Below the pieces are notes generated by a model. It was not told the origin of the DNA. It did not search any database and was given only the letters and a program-made list of their open reading frames with translations. The translations under genes and the position numbers were made by a program. Positions 58,003-64,000 of a DNA stretch of 64,000 bases are shown piece by piece. Each line of letters begins with the position of its first letter. The first letter of the stretch is position 1. Source of the stretch: an uncultured virus (IMG/VR IMGVR_UViG_3300030330_006853) (taxonomy: Duplodnaviria; Heunggongvirae; Uroviricota; Caudoviricetes); the IMG/VR virus record IMGVR_UViG_3300030330_006853, one strand, 5' to 3'.

Positions 58003-60834
58003 CTACTGGCTAGGTCGATAATTGGCTCTGATTACGTCTCCAGAAAGCGGAGCTTCAGCGAAGTTAACTATGGTTCCAGTAAGAGTGTAATCTAAAGCGG
58101 AACCTGAGGCCATGTAAAGACCGTTTAAATATAGCATAAGATCTGTTCCGTTTATCGGGGCTGCTGCTAGAGAAAAAGTCTTATTAGATCCGTTAAGTGC
58201 ACCCGTAGGAGTCTCATTGAAAATCCAGGCTTGTTGCCACGCTGCCTCAGTAGAAGATTTTGCAACAAGCACAGAGCCACTTGATGGAGCAGTTGACGCG
58301 CTGATGTGTAGCACCGTTGTTGCTGTCTTGAGAGTTCCAATTCCCTGCTTTGCATCAAGAGCACCGCTAACAACAAGATCTCCTCCGAAAACAGAGGTGC
58401 CTGCAACTTGAGTGCCCTGAGATCCTATTGCGCCTGAAACGAAGAAATTAGTATCAGCAAATCCCTTGGGGTCTAGGCTTGAGGCGGCTCCTCCCGACAT
58501 TATCAAGACTTGGTCGGTAGCACCCTCACTCATCTTGATCATGGGTTTGCCACCAACTTCAATCTCTATGTCATCGGTTTGAAATCTAATGAAAGTGTCG
58601 GAATCATTCTTGTGATTTATGTACTCGCCAACCTCCATGTTTCCGCCCACAGATAGCTTTACGGCGGGGTTGCTTGTTCCAATCCCAACCTTGCCGTCTG
58701 TAGTGACAACAAATTGGCTTCCAACAGCAGCATCTGATAGATTTACTGCAAGGGTTCCTGATATCGCAACATCTCCCCCAAAGACTGCAGTTCCTTTTAC
58801 TGCTGTTCCTCTTGAGTCAACTGAGCCCGATACGAAAAAGGCGATGTCTGCAGCTTGCCTTGGTTGCATAGCTCCGGCGCCCATTCCCGAACCTGAAAGA
58901 ATGATGACCTGCCTGTTTTCGCTAGAGGCGTAACCTCCTAATCTTAGTGATTCTTCGGTAGTTGTTCCATTAAAAACATCAAATACTAAGTCGTTACCGA
59001 CGACATCGTGAGCAATAGAAGCACCGATATTGCCTGCTGAACCTGCAAATTCTATGGTGCTGGCTTCGGAATTATTTTCTCTCTGCAACCTGATCGCTAC
59101 ATCTGAGTCTTTCAAGTGCAGCGTAGTTGCAGGACCATTTAAACCGATGCCAACCCTGTCAGTACTACCCACGACATAAAGCGTATTATCATCATTATTT
59201 GTCCGCACCCGGAAATCAACGTCGCCTCCGTCACCTACTGTAACCAAATCCGTGCCAGCCTCAGATATAGTAAGAAGCTGTTCACCCCCTGCTGTAAATC
59301 CAATGGCATCGTCGCCGAAAGTAATTTTAGTATCAGTGTCACCAGCGTGAGTTATATCTTGCCCAATCAAGATTGCAGAATCACCAAAAGTAACTGCAGA
59401 ACCGTCAGTCGTGGCGCCTGATATCCCTCCAAAGCTTGACCCACTGTTGAACTGTAGTTGTGTGTCAGATCCTCCTGGAGTTCCAGGGGCTGTTGAAGAA
59501 ATAACAACTTGACCATTAGAAGCTGATGCTATTGTAACGTTGGAACCTGCAGCAAGATAAGATGTTCCGTCAGTTAATTTTGTCAGAGATCCGCTAAAGC
59601 CTAATGAAGACGTGATGAATCCTTTTGTGAAGACGTTACCTTCTTCGCGAACCATAAAAATTGCGTTAGTATCTGTATTCGTACCTGCAGCGTGTGCACT
59701 AGTGGGCTGCAGATTATTAAAGATTCTAAATTTCTGGCCTGCGTCGCCACCATTAAGATCTAAAAACATGTCAATAGACTTGACGCTAGCGATGGCTGTG
59801 AAATTACCGCCTCCGTTATACGTAAAGTCTATTTCACTAGTGTTGTTTCCTGTCCCAAAGGCGATCTTGTGGTCTGCTGTAACCAGCTGTCCACCTAATT
59901 CAGGAGAAGTGTCTTGTGAAATCTCGGTAAGGCCTGTGGCTGCAGCTATAGATACTTGACCGCTTGAGGCAGAAGTTATAGTAACGTTACTTCCTCCGAC
60001 CAGAAAAGATTTGCCATCAGAAAGCCGTGTTAAGGATCCTGACATGTTTGACACCGTCATAGTGTCGGTTGATTTATTGAAGGTAAAGTTAGAGTCTCCG
60101 GCGAAGGATCCACCGTCGTTGAACTGGACCTGTGTGTTTGATCCTCCGGGGGTGCCTGCGGTATTACCAAGTGTAGCGGAAAGATAATCTCCTACATAGA
60201 TAAATCCTCTCGCGAATGCAGGTATTTTATTTGCATCATAATCTTGCAAGAAAAGAATTCCATTGTAATAATCAAAAGTCCAATCGACTTCGTCAAGAAG
60301 CGGTATTTCGTCTCCGATTTGATGAGGATCACTTGAATCAGCTTCATATATCTTTAAAATATACGGGTTGGGAGATTCTTGAGAAAAGTTAGGAGGTATG
60401 AGTTGGAGCTCGCCAAGAGTCCAGTGAACTAACTGGTCGTTAACGAAAGGATATGTGCCCTTTTTTGTGTTAGAAGAAAGACTCTGGTAGTTTCCAGTCA
60501 TGAACAATTTGTAACCATGAGGTCCCGAACTTTGACTTCCGTCTCCTCCTCCTCCGGTTGCAGAATCTGCATCATAAGTAGTTCCAGTTATTGCAGAAAC
60601 TGTGAATACAACATATTCTGCTGTTGCAGGGCCGCCATTAGATGCACTATAAAGCTGATAGTCTATTCTGGACGCAGAAAGCGGGATATCTTGACCAAAA
60701 ATAGTCTGGGTTCCAGCCTGAATATTTGAACCAATGACTTCTTGAGCATCTGACTTTATGTTTGAGGTGTTTGCTCTTCCAGATAGCTTTTTAAAAGCAT
60801 ATTGGACCGCAGTTCTATCTGTCTTTCCTGCCAT
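58003..60834 (-). CDS. Tail fibre-like protein, 943 aa
   Basis: Duplicated GTPGGSxTQxQFN and SGSLTxLxDG modules; VGIG repeats; C-terminal NETPTG...LYLNGL...DYTL module. Confidence 0.72.
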   Translation of the reverse strand: MAGKTDRTAVQYAFKKLSGRANTSNIKSDAQEVIGSNIQAGTQTIFGQDIPLSASRIDYQLYSASNGGPATAEYVVFTVSAITGTTYDADSATGGGGDGSQSSGPHGYKLFMTGNYQSLSSNTKKGTYPFVNDQLVHWTLGELQLIPPNFSQESPNPYILKIYEADSSDPHQIGDEIPLLDEVDWTFDYYNGILFLQDYDANKIPAFARGFIYVGDYLSATLGNTAGTPGGSNTQVQFNDGGSFAGDSNFTFNKSTDTMTVSNMSGSLTRLSDGKSFLVGGSNVTITSASSGQVSIAAATGLTEISQDTSPELGGQLVTADHKIAFGTGNNTSEIDFTYNGGGNFTAIASVKSIDMFLDLNGGDAGQKFRIFNNLQPTSAHAAGTNTDTNAIFMVREEGNVFTKGFITSSLGFSGSLTKLTDGTSYLAAGSNVTIASASNGQVVISSTAPGTPGGSDTQLQFNSGSSFGGISGATTDGSAVTFGDSAILIGQDITHAGDTDTKITFGDDAIGFTAGGEQLLTISEAGTDLVTVGDGGDVDFRVRTNNDDNTLYVVGSTDRVGIGLNGPATTLHLKDSDVAIRLQRENNSEASTIEFAGSAGNIGASIAHDVVGNDLVFDVFNGTTTEESLRLGGYASSENRQVIILSGSGMGAGAMQPRQAADIAFFVSGSVDSRGTAVKGTAVFGGDVAISGTLAVNLSDAAVGSQFVVTTDGKVGIGTSNPAVKLSVGGNMEVGEYINHKNDSDTFIRFQTDDIEIEVGGKPMIKMSEGATDQVLIMSGGAASSLDPKGFADTNFFVSGAIGSQGTQVAGTSVFGGDLVVSGALDAKQGIGTLKTATTVLHISASTAPSSGSVLVAKSSTEAAWQQAWIFNETPTGALNGSNKTFSLAAAPINGTDLMLYLNGLYMASGSALDYTLTGTIVNFAEAPLSGDVIRANYRPSQ

Positions 60835-60842
60835 TTCTTACC

Positions 60843-63800
60843 TCAGCTATACGCAACCTGAATGCGCGATATGTTACCTGTAAACTTCCTGTCGGATACA
60901 AGCCTTATTACAACTAGCTCCGCCGCAGAAGCAGTTCCATCTAGAGTTACTCCGTTAAAAGTGCAGATATTAGAAGCACCGCTTCCACCAACTGCCGAGG
61001 TTAAATCTCCACTTAACCCCCCAGCTCCGTCTCCTGTGCTACCTGCGCCGGGAGAAGGCTTGGCCAGATCCAAGTATCCTGTCTTTCCTGGTATTTTTAC
61101 ATCAACGTGAATATTTTTATTTCCTCCTAGGCTGCCAGAATTAGCACCTGACCTTCCTACTATCACTGCATCTCCGTAAAGAGTAATGGTAATCTGCGGC
61201 ACGTCGTTACTCGTATTGTTCTTAAAGTATCTCTCATATTCTCTATGTTGAATCGCAAGAGAAGAATAATTCGGATTGCCAGCGGGAGCCTGAATTGATC
61301 CTCCGTCATCGGCGCTTCGGTAATCTCCGCCTAGCACCCCTGAGAGAGGTGATATCATTTGATCGTTATAGACCAAAGCACCTGCATAGTGACCTCGGTC
61401 ACTTGCGTTATTCATTGATGTAGTTGATGACCAAGCGTTGGCTGATGCTGTTACAGATGTTTGGTTTGAATATGTTCCCGACTGTATTCGATAAGTTTCA
61501 CTGGTAAAATGCTCGTTGTTGTTTAAGTCAGAAGTATTAGAGCTTGTAAATACCAGAAATACGCCCTTAGATACTGCTGCACTTGTAACATTACTCTTAA
61601 GCGGGTGTTTAACCCTGACAGTTCCTGTTACCGAAAGCGCTGAAGACCCGAAGGGGCCTGGGAGGCTTTCGCTCTGACTAAATGAAACTGAGTGCGTTAC
61701 AAATATTGGTAGGTCTTGAGAATCAGAAACTCCTGTAAGAAGGGCTGCGAGAGTAGAATTGTCTCCAGAATCTAGTTGAGCTGTAACACCTGTTCCACTT
61801 ACAACGATGTTGTCAATGGTGAGGTTTGTCTCTGTGGGCGTTGTAATAGCGCTCGCAAGATTAGAATAAACTTTCTTGTAGGCATTGTTAGACTGGTATT
61901 TTATCGATGATGTGCAATTTACAAAATATCCTATTCCGCTTTGGTAGTAGGGCGCGGTTGCTCCAACACCAAAGTTACCCATCGACAAGTTAGTTATCGT
62001 CAATGCATTAGAATCATTGTCATTTACCCACTCAGTATACGTGGTTGTTCTGTTTGTCCCTGTAACAGCGTGAATTACTCTTGCATAGTTCCAACCGTTT
62101 ACTTGATCTGTTGTTGATACGCGGTATTTTCCAGTTCTGTACAGCTTAGTATAGTCCTTAACACCGTTACTAAACTCAGCGGGAGCAAAAGTGCTTAAAT
62201 TTACAAACCCGGAGCCGTTACTTGCGGTAAAGATACCTGTCCCTGACCCTGGATTTCCTGTTCCAACTGATCCGGTGAGAGTCACTACGTGAAGAGTGGC
62301 GCCATTGACCTCTAAGGTTAGCGTTCCCGTAAGGGCTTGATCAAACGACTTGGCAACAAAACTAGGAGAACTAGCGGCGACTTGAGGATTGAGGTCTCCT
62401 TCAAAAGTAGTAGTGCCATCGAATGTTGCTGCTCGTATGTTGTTGCTGGAAGTCGCTACCTGATAGACTCCATTTACATCTACAGCGGCTCCGATGCCCG
62501 CAGAAGCAGCAACAGATGTGTATCCTGATATTGCTTTTGATGCTCCGAACGAGAGCTTTGATGTTACTCCTGTAGAATCAGCATCTATTCTCGATAAAAC
62601 AGGCGCCGTGGCAGTAGTTCCAGTTCCAGCCCCGAAGCTTACTTCTATTTCATCAACCTGTCCTGTCCAAGATGCGTCAGCTTCAACTCTCATGCAAATA
62701 TACTCGTTATTTGCAATTCCCTGGACACCGAAGTTTGCATTATTTATCGCGTTGAGTGAAGAGTCTAAAGTCCCATCTAAGCATCCATTATTGTCTTCGT
62801 AGCTTCCAAAACTAAAAGCAGATGCAAGGTCAAGCCATCCAGTAGATCCAGCGGTTCCGGATGGTATTTTTAAGAAAACTCGTAGTCGACTTGAATTTAG
62901 AGCGGTTGAGCTTCCAACAATTGTTCCCCCGCTTCCGCTCATCGCTATTCTAGCTGTATAGTGTGTAAATCCAGTTTCATTTCTAAAGTGCCTGTAAAAA
63001 GTTCTTTGCCCAGACTGGCTTGAGTAGTTTGGATTTCCTGATGGTCCGTGAGTAACGCTTCCTCCATCAGAAGCGTTTCTAAAATCTCCGCCGAAAATAG
63101 TATTTAAAGGAGACCTGAGCGATGAAGAGAAAAACTGAAGTCCGTTGCTATGGCCCCCGTTGCTGGCAGTCATGAACACACTAGAACTCCATGCATTACC
63201 CCCTGACGTTACGTCCGACTGGGTGTTGTAAGAAGCTGACTGTATCCTAAATGTTTCTACCCTAAACTTCTCAACAAGAGCAGTAGAGCTTCCTGACAGG
63301 CCGTACATTAGTATGCCGCTGGCAGATGCTTGACCTCCTGCTGTTAAGTCTGACTTGAATGGATGTGTGACATTGACAGAAGCTGTAACAGAACCGGTAA
63401 GCATTACAGTTTGGCTTATCACGCCTACACCTGTCAGGTGGAGAACCTTGGTATGATTTTCTCCTGCACCGATTGTAGGCTTAGCCTGAGCTGAAATATT
63501 GCAGTTAGTTGTGGTAAATGTAATATTGTTAGTATCGTAAGTGTTTCGATACGCGTTAGAGACAGCGACTTTATATCTCACATTTCCAGAAATAAAATAC
63601 TCAACACCAGATAAATGGACGCTGCCCGACATTTCAGGTGTTGCAGAATTGCCAGATGCAGAAAGCGCATCAGAATTAGAATCATTAACCCATTCAATAA
63701 AATTAGTATTAAGATTTACCCCGTCCGCGAAATGCAAAATTCGAGCATAATTCCAACCGTTTCTTTGACTAGATGTAGAGATTAGATATCTTCCTGTCCT

Positions 63801-64000
63801 GTGCTGGAAAAAAGTGAAAGCTGATCCATCTTCTTTAACTGCAGAGCCCGTCGTAGAAAAATTAGTAAAACCTGATCCGGCTGCAGTTAGAAGCTGAGCT
63901 GATCCTGATCCTGGAGGATTAGTGCCAAATGAGGAAGACAAGCTTGCAGTTGCAATGACTGCTCCGTTAACTTCAAGATGAAGATAACCCTGCTCTCCGT
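60843..64000 (-). CDS. Large S/T/G-rich virion protein with an internal ~554-aa duplication; 5' end lies beyond the window
   Basis: Frame is open to the window edge (GEQGYLHLEVNGAVIATASLSSS). NGWNYAR occurs at about 63751 and 62089. Confidence 0.7.
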   Translation of the reverse strand, partial: GEQGYLHLEVNGAVIATASLSSSFGTNPPGSGSAQLLTAAGSGFTNFSTTGSAVKEDGSAFTFFQHRTGRYLISTSSQRNGWNYARILHFADGVNLNTNFIEWVNDSNSDALSASGNSATPEMSGSVHLSGVEYFISGNVRYKVAVSNAYRNTYDTNNITFTTTNCNISAQAKPTIGAGENHTKVLHLTGVGVISQTVMLTGSVTASVNVTHPFKSDLTAGGQASASGILMYGLSGSSTALVEKFRVETFRIQSASYNTQSDVTSGGNAWSSSVFMTASNGGHSNGLQFFSSSLRSPLNTIFGGDFRNASDGGSVTHGPSGNPNYSSQSGQRTFYRHFRNETGFTHYTARIAMSGSGGTIVGSSTALNSSRLRVFLKIPSGTAGSTGWLDLASAFSFGSYEDNNGCLDGTLDSSLNAINNANFGVQGIANNEYICMRVEADASWTGQVDEIEVSFGAGTGTTATAPVLSRIDADSTGVTSKLSFGASKAISGYTSVAASAGIGAAVDVNGVYQVATSSNNIRAATFDGTTTFEGDLNPQVAASSPSFVAKSFDQALTGTLTLEVNGATLHVVTLTGSVGTGNPGSGTGIFTASNGSGFVNLSTFAPAEFSNGVKDYTKLYRTGKYRVSTTDQVNGWNYARVIHAVTGTNRTTTYTEWVNDNDSNALTITNLSMGNFGVGATAPYYQSGIGYFVNCTSSIKYQSNNAYKKVYSNLASAITTPTETNLTIDNIVVSGTGVTAQLDSGDNSTLAALLTGVSDSQDLPIFVTHSVSFSQSESLPGPFGSSALSVTGTVRVKHPLKSNVTSAAVSKGVFLVFTSSNTSDLNNNEHFTSETYRIQSGTYSNQTSVTASANAWSSTTSMNNASDRGHYAGALVYNDQMISPLSGVLGGDYRSADDGGSIQAPAGNPNYSSLAIQHREYERYFKNNTSNDVPQITITLYGDAVIVGRSGANSGSLGGNKNIHVDVKIPGKTGYLDLAKPSPGAGSTGDGAGGLSGDLTSAVGGSGASNICTFNGVTLDGTASAAELVVIRLVSDRKFTGNISRIQVAYS

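Noticed and set aside
1000..63750. Many plus-strand ORFs, such as 24844..25503, 26925..27410 and 14736..15209
   Set aside because: All are antisense shadows of strong minus-strand genes, without recognisable motifs.
1..64000. Stop-codon reassignment as seen in some large phages
   Set aside because: Core genes are full length under the standard code, and TAA, TAG and TGA all end genes at sensible places.
1..64000. tRNA or rRNA genes
   Set aside because: Intergenic gaps are short and I saw no cloverleaf or T-loop pattern by eye; a tRNAscan-SE run would be decisive.

Overview
This window is a 64-kb piece of a large, distantly T4-related myovirus (jumbo-phage-like) genome, and every credible gene lies on the minus strand. 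In transcription order (right to left) it holds tail-fibre and baseplate-like proteins, a replication/recombination block (RuvC-like resolvase, DnaG-like primase, fused Mre11-Rad50), and a head module (terminase, portal, prohead protease, ribosomal protein bS21, scaffold, major capsid). These are followed by neck proteins, two tandem tail sheaths, tail tube, tail chaperone, tape measure and baseplate. The window ends with a minimal family-A DNA polymerase, a degenerate HD-domain protein and the start of a probable SSB. The main points for follow-up are a probable +1/-2 (not -1) chaperone frameshift, and a recurrent upstream motif ATATTTA that is the reverse complement of the T4 late promoter core. 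Also notable are bS21 in a phage that uses Shine-Dalgarno sites and sigma70-type promoters, and a pervasive [ST]-[GAS]-S motif largely confined to virion proteins. All calls come from reading motifs by eye; no database searches were run. A 10-N assembly gap splits the scaffold gene.
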